DNA of 64,000 bases from an uncultured Gemmatimonadales bacterium (GCA_963795085.1 CAWCFX010000003.1:331696-395695); one strand, 5' to 3'. Positions 28,831 to 38,720 are shown, numbered from the stretch's first letter. The notes: generated by a model not told the origin, from the letters alone. Numbers and translations are program-made.

Positions 28831-28986
28831 GGGGACCTCCTGCAATGGGGTGAGTCAGGAAACCGCTCCTCAGTACCTGTTGCCGCCGAGGGACAGCGGC
28901 TTAGGTTTGGACAATCTTGACGACCCCCGTCACCCGTCAGTCGTCCGGCCGTCACCGCCGGGTGACGCCTCCGCCGAACCGCCGCG

Positions 28987-31329
28987 ATGATCGAGTTACG
29001 CACCCTGGGCTCCCTGGAACTGACCTCGGACGAGGGCGGAGCCTTCAGCGCCGTGCTGGCCCAGCCCCGGCGCATGGCCCTGTTGTGCTATCTCGCCCTG
29101 GCCGTCCCCCGCGGATTCCACCGCCGTGACACCCTGCTGTCCCTCTTCTGGCCGGACGATGACACCGAGCAGGCCCGGCATGCGCTCCGGCAGTCGGTGT
29201 ACTTCCTCCGCCGCGCGCTGGGGCCCACGGCGATCGCCTCCCGGGGCGACGAAGAGCTGGGGCTCTCGCCCGACCGGATCCGGTGTGACGCCTGGGCGTT
29301 CGAGGCGGCGGCCGGCCAGGCGCGCCCGGCCGAGGCGCTGGCCCTCTACCGGGGGGAGCTGCTCACCGGCTTTCACATTTCCGACGCGCCCGATTTCGAG
29401 CGCTGGCTGGACCAGGAGCGGGAGCGCCTGAGACAGATGGCCGGCGAGGCCGCCTGGGCGCTGGCCGGGGAGCGGGAACAGCAGGGCGATGCAGTCGGAG
29501 CAGCGGAGGCGGCCCGCCGGGCGCTCTCCTTCTCTCCCACGGACGAGAACGCGGTGCGCCGCCTGATGCTCCTCATGGAGCGGCTGGGAGACCGGGGAGC
29601 CGCGCTGCGTGCTTACGAGGGCTTCGCCGGGGAACTGGAAACGGAGTTCGAGCTACCGCCCTCGGAGGAGACCCGGGACCTGGTGGCGCGCATCCGCGCC
29701 GGCGCCGGCCGGAGCCCACCGTCCGCTCCCGAGCCCGGAACCGACCATCCGTCCGTTTCTGCGTCCGTGCCCCGGCCGGGTCCCCGGCGGGATGACTCGG
29801 CAGACCGCCAGGTCCCCACTCGTGAGAAGGCAGCCAGAAAGCATCGGAGGCTGGCTCTCCTGGGCGCGGTGGCCTTGCTCCTTGGCGTGGGGTGGGCAAT
29901 GCGCGGGCAGCTGGGGATTCCCCCGGCCACCGGGGAAGCCCTCGGGCCCCCCCGCTCGATCGCGGTCCTGCCGTTCCGGAACCTCCGGGGAGACTCGACC
30001 GGCGACTACTTCAGCGACGGGATCACCGAGGAAATCCTGCATGCCCTGGTGCAGATCCCCGAGTTGCAGGTTGCCGCCAGGACGTCGGTGTTTCAGTTGA
30101 AGGGCCAGACGTTCGATGCCCGGACCGTAGGACGCCGGCTCGGCGTGGCATCGATACTCGAGGGGAGTATCCAGCGGGAGGGGAACGACGTTCGCATAAC
30201 CGCCCGGCTCACGGACACCCGGACGGGGTACCAGATCTGGTCCGCCCAGTTCGACCGGCAACTCTCGGACCTCTTCCGTGTAGAGGACGAGATTTCCCTC
30301 GCACTGGCGGAGCGACTCAAGATTCCCCTGGGTCTGGTCCCGCGCCCCGTGACCGGCGCCGTCCCGATCGAGGCGCACGACCTCTACCTGCGGGGGCTCT
30401 CACTCCTGGCGCTCAGGGGGCCCGCGCTGCAGCAGACGATCGCCTACTTCGAGGGCGCCATCGCACTCGACTCGACCTACGCGGCCGCATGGGCCGGCCT
30501 CGCCGCGGCGCGGGAGCTGCTGCCGGCCTACGGGTTTTCGTCCTACCAGGACGAGTTGCCCCGGGCCGAGCAGGCGGCGCGGCGGGCGATTGCGCTCGAC
30601 AGCATGCTGGGGCCGGCCTACGCGGTGCTGGGCAGTGTGTACCGGGACCTGACGCGATGGGGTGATGCCGAGCGGGCCTATGCCCGCGCGCTCAGGCTCG
30701 CACCCAACGACGCCGAGGCGATCGAACAGTACGGCCAGTTCCTGTTCTGGACCGGCCAGGCGACCGCCGCCATTCCCTGGATGGAACGCGCCCGCACCCT
30801 CGACCCCCTGGCGCCCATTCCCGCGACCACGCTAGGGACCGCTCACCTCTTTCTCCATGATTATGACTCGGCGGCCACGCTGCTGGCCCATGCATCGGAG
30901 CTGGGCCCGACCCTCCATCTGCCCTTGATGTGGCGGATGTGGGCCGAATTGCTCGCACGGCGCTACGACCTCGCGGAACAGGCCGGGAGACGCCTGGCCC
31001 AGGTCAGTGGCGTCGATCCCGACATCTATTCCGGGCTGATCCGGGGCGTCGCGGATTCCGCTGAGCGCCGCCCAGCGCTGGCGCGGCTTGCCCGCATCCC
31101 GATCGACGCTCCCTCGGCGCTGAACAGTGATTTCCGGGCGAACTGGCTGACGCTGCTCGGGGACACGGCGTCCGCGCTGGAGGCGGTGGAGCGGCTGGCC
31201 GCGCACCCGACCCCCATGGGTATTCTCACGCTCTGGAATCCCGCGCTCGACCCCATTCGCGAAAGGCCGCGGTTTCGGGCGGTTCTGCAACGGCTGGGGC
31301 TGCCGTTCCAGTCGTCATTTCGGAGGTGA
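28987..31329 (+). CDS. BTAD/SARP-type transcriptional regulator with TM, extracytoplasmic module and TPR region
   Basis: ORF track 780 aa. RRDTLLSLFWPDDDTEQARHALRQSVYFLRRAL (wHTH). LYRGELLTGFHISDAPDFERWLDQERERL (BTAD). TM LALLGAVALLLGVGWA. SIAVLPFRNLRGDSTGDYFSDGITEEI. TPR-like tail. Paralog of 9031..11931. Confidence 0.85.
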   Translation: MIELRTLGSLELTSDEGGAFSAVLAQPRRMALLCYLALAVPRGFHRRDTLLSLFWPDDDTEQARHALRQSVYFLRRALGPTAIASRGDEELGLSPDRIRCDAWAFEAAAGQARPAEALALYRGELLTGFHISDAPDFERWLDQERERLRQMAGEAAWALAGEREQQGDAVGAAEAARRALSFSPTDENAVRRLMLLMERLGDRGAALRAYEGFAGELETEFELPPSEETRDLVARIRAGAGRSPPSAPEPGTDHPSVSASVPRPGPRRDDSADRQVPTREKAARKHRRLALLGAVALLLGVGWAMRGQLGIPPATGEALGPPRSIAVLPFRNLRGDSTGDYFSDGITEEILHALVQIPELQVAARTSVFQLKGQTFDARTVGRRLGVASILEGSIQREGNDVRITARLTDTRTGYQIWSAQFDRQLSDLFRVEDEISLALAERLKIPLGLVPRPVTGAVPIEAHDLYLRGLSLLALRGPALQQTIAYFEGAIALDSTYAAAWAGLAAARELLPAYGFSSYQDELPRAEQAARRAIALDSMLGPAYAVLGSVYRDLTRWGDAERAYARALRLAPNDAEAIEQYGQFLFWTGQATAAIPWMERARTLDPLAPIPATTLGTAHLFLHDYDSAATLLAHASELGPTLHLPLMWRMWAELLARRYDLAEQAGRRLAQVSGVDPDIYSGLIRGVADSAERRPALARLARIPIDAPSALNSDFRANWLTLLGDTASALEAVERLAAHPTPMGILTLWNPALDPIRERPRFRAVLQRLGLPFQSSFRR

Positions 31330-31344
31330 GATCGGGAAGGCCGT

Positions 31345-31530
31345 GCGGGCGGCAGCATCGCTTTCCTTCTGCGGTAGCCGGCTTCAGCCTTGGATCCCTG
31401 ACCCCCTTTCCCCATCCCGGTCACCTTGGATCCCTGACCCCTGTCCCGCTTCCCCCGTCAGGGAAAGGGGGAACGCGATGCAGGCGCCGGCGACAACCTT
31501 GCTCGGCCTGCTCTGTCGCGAATGCGACCA
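31345..31530. repeat. intergenic repeat cluster (family A fragment plus family B REP hairpin modules)
   Basis: GTGCGGGCGGCAGCATCGCTTTCC (family A head), then GGCTTCAGCC, CCCGCTTCCCCCGTCAGGGAAAGGGGGAACGCGATGCAGGCGCCGG and hairpin GTCGCgaatGCGAC, matching the modules at 39.3, 43.9, 45.2 and 47.6 kb. Confidence 0.7.
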
Positions 31531-31579
31531 GGTGCCCCTTTTTCAGACTGCCGGGATGGGCTAGACTTTCTAGGCTCCC

Positions 31580-34213
31580 ATGACCGCCCTGCCGCCCGAG
31601 CTCGCCGCCGCCCTCAGTGACCGCTATGCCCTCGAGCGGGTCCTGGGGCGCGGCGGGATGGCCACGGTCTATCTCGCCCGCGACCTGAAACACCGCCGAC
31701 CGGTCGCCATCAAGGTGCTCGAACCCACCCTGGCCGCTATCCTGGGCGGCGACCGGTTCCTCCGCGAAATCGAAACCACCGCCAGCCTCCGCCACCCGCA
31801 CATCCTGCCGCTCTACGATTCGGGCGAGGCGGGCCAGGCCCTCTACTATGTCATGCCCCTGGTCGAGGGCGAGTCGCTCCGGGACCGGCTCCAGCGGGAG
31901 CACCAGCTTCCCCTGGCCGAGTCGCTCCAGATCGCCCGCGAGGTGGCGGACGCGCTGGACTACGCCCACCGCCACGGCATCGTGCACCGCGACATCAAGC
32001 CGGGCAACATCCTCCTCGAATCGGGCCACGCGGTGGTGGCGGACTTCGGCATCGCCCGGGCGATCAATGTCGCCGCCGGCGAACGGCTGACCCAGACCGG
32101 GCTGGGCGTCGGGACGCCGGAGTACATGAGCCCGGAGCAGGTCGCGGGGGGCCAGGACCTCGATGGACGGAGCGATCTCTACAGCCTGGGCTGCGTGTTG
32201 TACGAGATGCTCGCCGGCCGGCCGCCGTTCACCGGCCCGACCGCGGCCAGCATTGTGGTCCAGCAGATGACGGACGCGCCCGGATCCCTGAGCCTGCTCC
32301 GCCCCGCGGCGCCGCCGGCCGTGGTGGCGGTCATTGCCCGGTGCCTGGCCAAGCTCCCGGCCGACCGCTGGCACGACGCGGACGAGTTGCGGACCCAGCT
32401 GGGGGCATTGGCCGGCTCCGGCACGACGCCATCCCCGCCGCCGGTGGCGGTGTCGCCGCCCACCCGCCGGCGAACCGCGATGCTGGCCGGCGTCCTGGCC
32501 CTCGGACTCATCGCCGTGCTGGGCCGCTGGCTGCTGCGCTCCGAGACGCACGATGTCGCCATCGGGCGGCGGGCGCAGGTGACCCACGGGGCGGGACTCG
32601 AGGTCCACCCCGCCCTGTCGCCGAATGGAGACCTGCTGGCCTATATCGCCGGCGATGATTCCCGGCTCTACGTCCGCCAGGTGCAGGGGGGCCGTCCCAT
32701 CCCGATCGCCCCGGAGGTCCCCGGGATACAGGCCTGGCCGAACTGGTCCCCCGACGGCAAGCAGCTGAGCTTCCTGTCGGCTCGGGGCATCGAGGTCGTG
32801 CCGGCGCTGGGCGGGGTTCCCCGGCTGCTGGTGCCGATTCCCCAGGCCGGCCCGCGGGTCACCGTGGGGGTGAACGGTCCCTGGTCCCCCGATGGCCGGG
32901 AAATCGCCTTCATGCGGAGCGACACCCTGTACGCCGTCGCGGTCGCCGGCGGAACGCCTCGCGTGATCGCCCCCGAACGGAGGCTTCACTCCTGCAGCTG
33001 GGCGCCAGGGGGAAGCCGGATTGCCTGTGTCAGCGGGAATTTTGAATCCGTGACCCTGGGACCCTGGCTCGGCAACCTGGGATCCAGCGCGATCCTGGTG
33101 ATCCCCGCGGCGGGGGGTGCGGCCACCCCGCTCATCCAGGACGGACAGGCCAACAGCAGCCCGGCGTGGCTCCCGGATGGCACCCTGCTCTTTCTCTCTA
33201 ACCGGGACGGCGGCCGGGACATCTACGCCGTGCGCCTGGACCGCCAGGGCCGCGCGGCCGCCCCGCCCCGCCGGATCACCACCGGGCTCAATGCGCTCAA
33301 CGTCACGATCTCGGCCAACGGCGCCCGGATCGGCTATGCGGCCTTCACCGAGACCTCCAATATCTGGACGACCCCCGCGTCACCGGCGGCGGCGGTGAGC
33401 CTGGCCGCCGCGACCCAGGTGACCTCCGGGAGCCAGGTCATCGAGTGGCTGGATCTCTCGCCCGATGGACGGTGGGTCGTGTTCGACTCCGATCGGGGCG
33501 GCAACTCCAGTATTTACCGGCTCGCGCTGGACGGTGGGGCCGAGCCGGAAAAGCTCACCAGCGATTCCGTCGACAATTTCTGGCCTTCCTGGTCCCCGAA
33601 CGGGAACGAAATCGCGTTCCATTCCTCCCGTGACGGGCATCGCCAGCTGTACCTGGTTTCGGCGGACGGGGGCGCCCGGCGCCCCGCAGTGGAGACCCAA
33701 AACGACGACCGCACGGCGTCATGGTCGCCTGACGGCCGGAGTCTCCACCTGCTTACGGACTACGGGTCCCCTGGCGCCGAGACCCGGGTCATTCGCCGCC
33801 TGCCGGATGGGACCTGGAGCCAGCCGGAACGGTGGCGCAAACCGCCGTGCATGCCGACCTGGTCGCCCGATGGCGCGCGGCTCGCGTGCGCCGACCTCGA
33901 CGGACGCATCCTGCTGACCAACGCGGCGGGAGACTCCCTGGCCACGCTGGTGTCCGGCGGCCTGGTGCGGGGTATGGGGCAGTACCCGAAATGGTCGTCC
34001 GACAGCCGCACCGTTTACTACCTGGCGGAGGACTCGGTGAGCACGAGTATCAACGCCGTGGCGGTCAGCGGCGGCCCACCCCGGGTGATCCTGCGCTTCG
34101 ATGATCCCGCCCGGCCTTGGCATCGGTACGGGTTCACGGTGTACCGGGACCGGTTCTACTTCACGATCGGCGAGCGGGAGAGCCACATCTGGGTGGGGGA
34201 GCTGGGGGAGTAG
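31580..34213 (+). CDS. Ser/Thr protein kinase with a C-terminal TolB-like PD40 beta-propeller
   Basis: ORF track 877 aa. GRGGMATVYLA, VAIKV, HRDIKPGNILL, DFGIA, GTPEYMSPEQ. One TM. Repeated PD40-type units (HPALSPNGDLLAYI, WPNWSPDGKQLSF, WPSWSPNGNEIAFHSSRDG, ASWSPDGRSL). Confidence 0.9.
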   Translation: MTALPPELAAALSDRYALERVLGRGGMATVYLARDLKHRRPVAIKVLEPTLAAILGGDRFLREIETTASLRHPHILPLYDSGEAGQALYYVMPLVEGESLRDRLQREHQLPLAESLQIAREVADALDYAHRHGIVHRDIKPGNILLESGHAVVADFGIARAINVAAGERLTQTGLGVGTPEYMSPEQVAGGQDLDGRSDLYSLGCVLYEMLAGRPPFTGPTAASIVVQQMTDAPGSLSLLRPAAPPAVVAVIARCLAKLPADRWHDADELRTQLGALAGSGTTPSPPPVAVSPPTRRRTAMLAGVLALGLIAVLGRWLLRSETHDVAIGRRAQVTHGAGLEVHPALSPNGDLLAYIAGDDSRLYVRQVQGGRPIPIAPEVPGIQAWPNWSPDGKQLSFLSARGIEVVPALGGVPRLLVPIPQAGPRVTVGVNGPWSPDGREIAFMRSDTLYAVAVAGGTPRVIAPERRLHSCSWAPGGSRIACVSGNFESVTLGPWLGNLGSSAILVIPAAGGAATPLIQDGQANSSPAWLPDGTLLFLSNRDGGRDIYAVRLDRQGRAAAPPRRITTGLNALNVTISANGARIGYAAFTETSNIWTTPASPAAAVSLAAATQVTSGSQVIEWLDLSPDGRWVVFDSDRGGNSSIYRLALDGGAEPEKLTSDSVDNFWPSWSPNGNEIAFHSSRDGHRQLYLVSADGGARRPAVETQNDDRTASWSPDGRSLHLLTDYGSPGAETRVIRRLPDGTWSQPERWRKPPCMPTWSPDGARLACADLDGRILLTNAAGDSLATLVSGGLVRGMGQYPKWSSDSRTVYYLAEDSVSTSINAVAVSGGPPRVILRFDDPARPWHRYGFTVYRDRFYFTIGERESHIWVGELGE

Positions 34214-34215
34214 AG

Positions 34216-34355
34216 TGGTGCGGGCGTCGGGGTGCGGGCAGCGGCATCGGTTCCCTTCCTGGCCGCCCCTTCGATCGTCCGGGTGGCGACATCACTTCCC
34301 TTCCAGTTCGAGGCGGTTTACCGCAGAGAACGCCGAGTGAACTGAGAGTACCCAG
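34216..34355. repeat. dispersed intergenic repeat, family A copy
   Basis: GTGCGGGCAGCGGCATCGGTTCCCTTCC...TTCGAGGCGGTTTACCGCAGAGAACGCCGAGTGAACTGAGAG matches the copies at 19.1, 20.8, 27.9, 35.0 and 36.0 kb. Confidence 0.8.
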
Positions 34356-34521
34356 AGGAAGGATATCGAGCCAGGGGAGCCCGGTATGGACGCTGGCCCG
34401 TCCCCACCCCCACGTCCTCAGCCCTCACCGAGGATACCCCCGCGTCCCGACTTGAAACCTTTCGGGCCGACCGGTAGTATGGCTGGCAGCTTCACAACCA
34501 CCCCTTACCCGGAAAAGACGA

Positions 34522-34887
34522 ATGAAACCGAAGACCCTGGCCCTGCTGCTCTTTGGCCTGCTGGCCCCGGGCGTGTGCGCCGCCCAGTCCCTCAAGCCCG
34601 GCACCTGGACCGGCACCGTCATCCCGCCGGAGGGCGAACCCGCGCTGGTGACCTATGACGTCACGGTAAACGGCGACTCCCTCGGCATCGTGATCCATGC
34701 CGGCGAGCACGGGGACTTCGTCACCGAAGGCGCCCGCTTCGCCGACGGCAAGCTTACCTTCCGATTTAGTCCCGGTCCAGTCGTCAGCTGCACCCTTACC
34801 CAGGGCGACAAGGGCATCTTTGCCGGCAGGTGTACGGAAGAAGACGGAAGTGCCGCTCAGGTCACGATGGTGCCTCCGGCTTCCTGA
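34522..34887 (+). CDS. small secreted hypothetical protein
   Basis: ORF track 121 aa. Signal peptide MKPKTLALLLFGLLAPGVCAAQ. High GC3. No family recognised. Confidence 0.55.
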   Translation: MKPKTLALLLFGLLAPGVCAAQSLKPGTWTGTVIPPEGEPALVTYDVTVNGDSLGIVIHAGEHGDFVTEGARFADGKLTFRFSPGPVVSCTLTQGDKGIFAGRCTEEDGSAAQVTMVPPAS

Positions 34888-34892
34888 GCCAG

Positions 34893-35282
34893 CGGCTGGT
34901 TCGCTCGCGCGGGCGGTGGCATCGTTTCCCTTCCAGGTTTGAGGCCCTTTACGCCTCGAGCCCGTCCAGCGGTGTGATCTGCCGCCCCCAGGGTGCAGGG
35001 GCAGTGACATCGCTTCCCTTTCTGGTTCGAGGCGCTTTACCGCTGAGGACGCTGAGTGAACTGAGAGTTTCGCAGGGACGACATTGTATTCTTCTTCTAC
35101 GATCTCTCGGTTGCCACTGCGCTCTCTGCGTTAAGGCGCCTTGAAGCCGTCCACCGGTGTGATCTGTCCGCCCCCGGGGTGCGGGGGCGGTGACATCGTT
35201 TCCCTTCCAGTATCGAGGCGCTTTACCGCCTCGATGCTGTCCACCGGGGTGATCTGTCCGCCCCAAGAGTGTCGCGTTGACC
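34893..35282. repeat. dispersed intergenic repeat, family A, three tandem sub-units
   Basis: Three ~90-nt units of GGTGCGGGGGCGGTGACATCGTTTCCCTTCCAG..TCGAGGCGCTTTACCGCCTCGA..GTCCACCGGTGTGATCTGTCCGCCCC. The middle one is expanded by the ACCGCTGAGGACGCTGAGTGAACTGAGAGTTTCGCAG...GCGCTCTCTGCGTTAAGGCGCC palindrome. Confidence 0.8.
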
Positions 35283-35894
35283 TCACCTTGGCTGGGACAG
35301 GTTCGCCCGGGCATTGGCCGTGATGGCATCGGTCACCGCGGCCTCGGCGGTTCCCTCCGGGACCACCTCGCCGTAGATGATCATCAGCTCCCGGCGCCGG
35401 GTATCGTCGGGCAGGTGAAAGAGGCGCAGGGTGGCGAAGGTGCCGTCGAGCTTGAATCCCCGGTCGGTCAGGAAGGTTTCGGCCGCCTTCGAGTCCGACC
35501 CGGGGCGCTTGTCCATGGTGAAATAGTTGTTCCGCACGCGAACATCCCCCAGGAAGGGGAGGCGGCCGACGGTCATCGGCGCCGAGGCCATCCGGGAGAA
35601 GTCGTAGGTATGGGAGTTCGTCGGGTAGTAGTGCTCGAACTGCACCCAGTAGAAGCGGCGGATGGACCGGTCCTCGGCGGCGTCGATGAAGAAGTACTGC
35701 TCCGCCTCGGCGACCCCCTGGATGTCGATGGTCTGGCTGCCCGCGTAGCGAAAAGGCTTGGCGAAGACGAAGGTGGCGGCAGGATCGGCGCGGGATACGA
35801 GGGTGTCTCCCCGCACCGCCCGGTCCGGCCCGGCCTGGGCAGCGAGAATCGTGGGGATGAGCATGGCCAGGGCTGCTGCGGCGTACCGGCGCAT
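35283..35894 (-). CDS. secreted hypothetical protein
   Basis: Internal ATG at 35894 gives MRRYAAAALAMLIPTILAAQA as a signal peptide. 203 aa, high GC3, no family recognised. Confidence 0.6.
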   Translation of the reverse strand: MRRYAAAALAMLIPTILAAQAGPDRAVRGDTLVSRADPAATFVFAKPFRYAGSQTIDIQGVAEAEQYFFIDAAEDRSIRRFYWVQFEHYYPTNSHTYDFSRMASAPMTVGRLPFLGDVRVRNNYFTMDKRPGSDSKAAETFLTDRGFKLDGTFATLRLFHLPDDTRRRELMIIYGEVVPEGTAEAAVTDAITANARANLSQPR

Positions 35895-35949
35895 GGTTGC
35901 TCCTGAAAGGTGTCTCACGTCGTACGCCCGGGCGGTTGGCCGGGTTTCG

Positions 35950-36050
35950 TGTGGGCGGAGGGCATGTGCGGGCGGCAGCATGGCCTTCTTTTCGGTTCCG
36001 AGGCGCTTTACCGCAGAGGGCGCAGAGGGAACTGAGAGTTTCGCAGAGGA
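35950..36050. repeat. dispersed intergenic repeat, family A copy
   Basis: GTGCGGGCGGCAGCATGGCCTTCTTTTCGGTTCCGAGGCGCTTTACCGCAGAGGGCGCAGAGGGAACTGAGAGTTTCGCAGAGG. Confidence 0.8.
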
Positions 36051-36166
36051 AGCTTGTGTTTCACCCCAGGCTCTCCTCGCCCTGACTACAGGCCCTTGCT
36101 GTATCCGCGCTCCTTACCGTCTTACGTCTTACCGCCGTACCGCCGTACCGTCCTACCGACCCGGCC

Positions 36167-36991
36167 CTATGGCCGTACCAGGCGGAGCGGCGCAGGGGAG
36201 CCCCACGGGCAGTCGCCGGCCTCGGCCGGGTACGTCAGGATGAGGGTATCGGCGCCGGGCGCGTAGGTTGTGGCAAAGAAACTGTTGCCCAGGGGGACGT
36301 TGTTCCACCCGGGAAAAGAATCGCTGGTGAGTTGAAGGAAGAGCGTATCATGCTGGACGAAGCCGAGTACGCTCCCGGCGCCATCGCCGCAGACGGTACT
36401 GGCGTCGAAATCAATATCATACCGGCCGGTGACGGCGTCTCCGATTGGGGTGAGAGAGAGGTCGAGATAGACCCCACCCGACATGGTGGTGGGATGGACG
36501 GTCTGGCCGTTGTAGTCCCCCGTCAGATCGGCGGCAACCAGCGGGGCCGGCGGCCCCTCGGGCACAGGCGGCTCCCGGAGAATCACTGACAACACCAGTC
36601 CCGATGTGTCGGCGCGTCCGGCGTCATCGAAGGTGATCGGCAGGAACACGACCTCCCGGCTCCAACCCGATCCCAGCGGCGGCTCGATGTCGAACTGGAC
36701 CTGGGCCAGGTCGAGCAGGGCATTGACCGGGATCGAACCCGAGAAACGGCCGTTGGCGCCGGTGGTCAGCGTTGCCTCGCCCCTCGGCTGGGGCGTGGTA
36801 TCCCAGACCCGCACCAGGACGCTCGCCCCGGGTACCGGAACGCCGATGGTGTCCCGGACCATCCCGTCGAATTCGAAGCCCGGCGCATCGAGGTCCGGGG
36901 CAGACTCCGAGCAGGCGAATAATCCAAGGACCCCGAGCAGGACCAGCGCTCGAGGAGGAGAGCAGCAGTCCGAAGGAATCAGGGTGGGCAT
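36167..36991 (-). CDS. hypothetical lipoprotein (N-terminal carboxypeptidase-regulatory-like beta-sandwich suggested)
   Basis: Internal ATG at 36991. Lipobox LGLFACSE. GMVRDTIGVPVPGASVLVRV...TTGANGRFS resembles CarboxypepD_reg-type domains. The rest is unassigned. Confidence 0.6.
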   Translation of the reverse strand: MPTLIPSDCCSPPRALVLLGVLGLFACSESAPDLDAPGFEFDGMVRDTIGVPVPGASVLVRVWDTTPQPRGEATLTTGANGRFSGSIPVNALLDLAQVQFDIEPPLGSGWSREVVFLPITFDDAGRADTSGLVLSVILREPPVPEGPPAPLVAADLTGDYNGQTVHPTTMSGGVYLDLSLTPIGDAVTGRYDIDFDASTVCGDGAGSVLGFVQHDTLFLQLTSDSFPGWNNVPLGNSFFATTYAPGADTLILTYPAEAGDCPWGSPAPLRLVRP

Positions 36992-37197
36992 TGTTCCCAG
37001 CGGCAGGTGATGGGATGGGGGACGCCCGAGACGGCGTGGTCTCACACAACATTACACTGACTCCGGTGAGGGCAATACCGGCCAATATAGGGCCTGGCCA
37101 GGCTCCGTTTCCGCCAGCTCGGCGATCTTCAGGGATTCACCGAAGCGGGAACGGAGGGGTCTCGAAGGCAGGCCCCCGGCGAACTCGCACCCATCGC

Positions 37198-38643
37198 TCA
37201 GGGCGGGCTCAACAGGTGATTCCGCTGCGGCACCGTCAGCGTTCGGTGCATCTGCCGCACCTGGTCGGGCGTGAACTTCTGGGGTTCCGGGTTATCGCCG
37301 GTCCCGCACATGGCGTGATAGCTCATCACATTCCGGACGTCCGGATCGAAGGTAAATGACACCGGGTTCCCGCCGATCGTCCCTGACACCGTGACCTGCG
37401 ACGACGTGCACACCTCGTCCGCCCGTCCATCGCTGTTGCCATGGAGATCATAGACGAAGGTGCCCGGGTCCGGCGGCGTGTCGGGGAGACGGTCGCCGTC
37501 GAGCGCGTCAATGGTCCCGCCGTTGCTTCCGATATGGGTGATGAGCGCCAGGTCGGCGGCCGCGGCCGAGCCGGTACTGGTGCCATACATGGGGTTGATG
37601 CCGTCCCACCCGGGGAAGGTGTGGTACAGGCCCAGGTAATGGCCCAGCTCGTGGGCGACGAAGGAACCGTTGCCCAGCGTCAGGAACGAGAGCCCGGTGG
37701 TGGGATACAGGCTGGGCAGGGCCACGTATCGCTGGTCGGCGTCAGTGACGTTGGCGGGGAGGGTACCCGCCCCCGGCGGTGGATAGGCGTTCCCATTCCC
37801 GGTCGGGTCGGCCGCGGAGCCCCAGCGCAACAGCAGGGGGATCCGGCCCGGCAGGGTCGCCGCGAAGGCGTTGCCGCCGGCAGCAATCGTGGCGTCCTGG
37901 TTCATCCCGGTGGAGTTTATCGGCTGCCAGTCGGCGGCCGGGTCGTAGAGAAACCGGATCCCGCTCCCCCGGAACACCCGGTTCACCCGGGCCACGACAT
38001 CGGTGAACTGGGCCGCCGTCACTTGCGGTGCCCGGGTCCCATCGTCGTTGCTCAGGGCGATCACCCGGAGGCGGAGGCCCACCCGCCGCACATGCAGCGT
38101 GAGCACCGGGGTGGTCACCTTGCCGCCGTGGAAATTCTCCGCCTCGGCGAACACGTCGAGCGACAGGTCCCAGAACGCTCCGATCAGCGGCTCGACATCG
38201 AGCTCCCAGGTCACCGACTCGGTCGGGTTCGCCGGCTGGCCGACCGTGGCGCTGCTCACCCTCTCCACCTCGGGTGTGCCGGCCAGCGTCGGGCCCTGGA
38301 CCGTGCCGGGCATCGAACGCCTCGTGGTCGCCCAGATCCGGATGGCGCGGATGCCCCCGTCCGGGTCATCGGCGCGCGCCGTGATGCTCACGTGATTGGT
38401 GTCCACCATCTCTCCAGCGGCCGGCGTGCCGCCGAGCGTGACATTCACCAGCGGCTGGTTCGGAATGTTGGCCTGGAGCCAGAGCGCAGAGGGCGAGGTC
38501 GGATCCTGCGGGGGAACATTGAGCTGAGGTGCGGGGGTACATGCCGTGACGACCAGTCCGACCACGGCCAGGGTGCTCACCAGGGAGCCGGATCTCCGGG
38601 CCACAATGACCTCCTTGCTGCAGGGGAGGAAACGGTCTGCCAT
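37198..38643 (-). CDS. secreted zinc metalloprotease, metzincin (M43/pappalysin-like)
   Basis: ORF track 481 aa. Lipobox-like VVGLVVTAC. Extended zinc motif HELGHYLGLYHTF (HExxHxxGxxH). Confidence 0.8.
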   Translation of the reverse strand: MADRFLPCSKEVIVARRSGSLVSTLAVVGLVVTACTPAPQLNVPPQDPTSPSALWLQANIPNQPLVNVTLGGTPAAGEMVDTNHVSITARADDPDGGIRAIRIWATTRRSMPGTVQGPTLAGTPEVERVSSATVGQPANPTESVTWELDVEPLIGAFWDLSLDVFAEAENFHGGKVTTPVLTLHVRRVGLRLRVIALSNDDGTRAPQVTAAQFTDVVARVNRVFRGSGIRFLYDPAADWQPINSTGMNQDATIAAGGNAFAATLPGRIPLLLRWGSAADPTGNGNAYPPPGAGTLPANVTDADQRYVALPSLYPTTGLSFLTLGNGSFVAHELGHYLGLYHTFPGWDGINPMYGTSTGSAAAADLALITHIGSNGGTIDALDGDRLPDTPPDPGTFVYDLHGNSDGRADEVCTSSQVTVSGTIGGNPVSFTFDPDVRNVMSYHAMCGTGDNPEPQKFTPDQVRQMHRTLTVPQRNHLLSPP

Positions 38644-38720
38644 GGTTGAGAAGTGTAAGTCGCGGACGGAAGATTGTTAGGGGACGAAGCCCCGAGCCAG
38701 TCCCCATCCCGCCTTCACCC

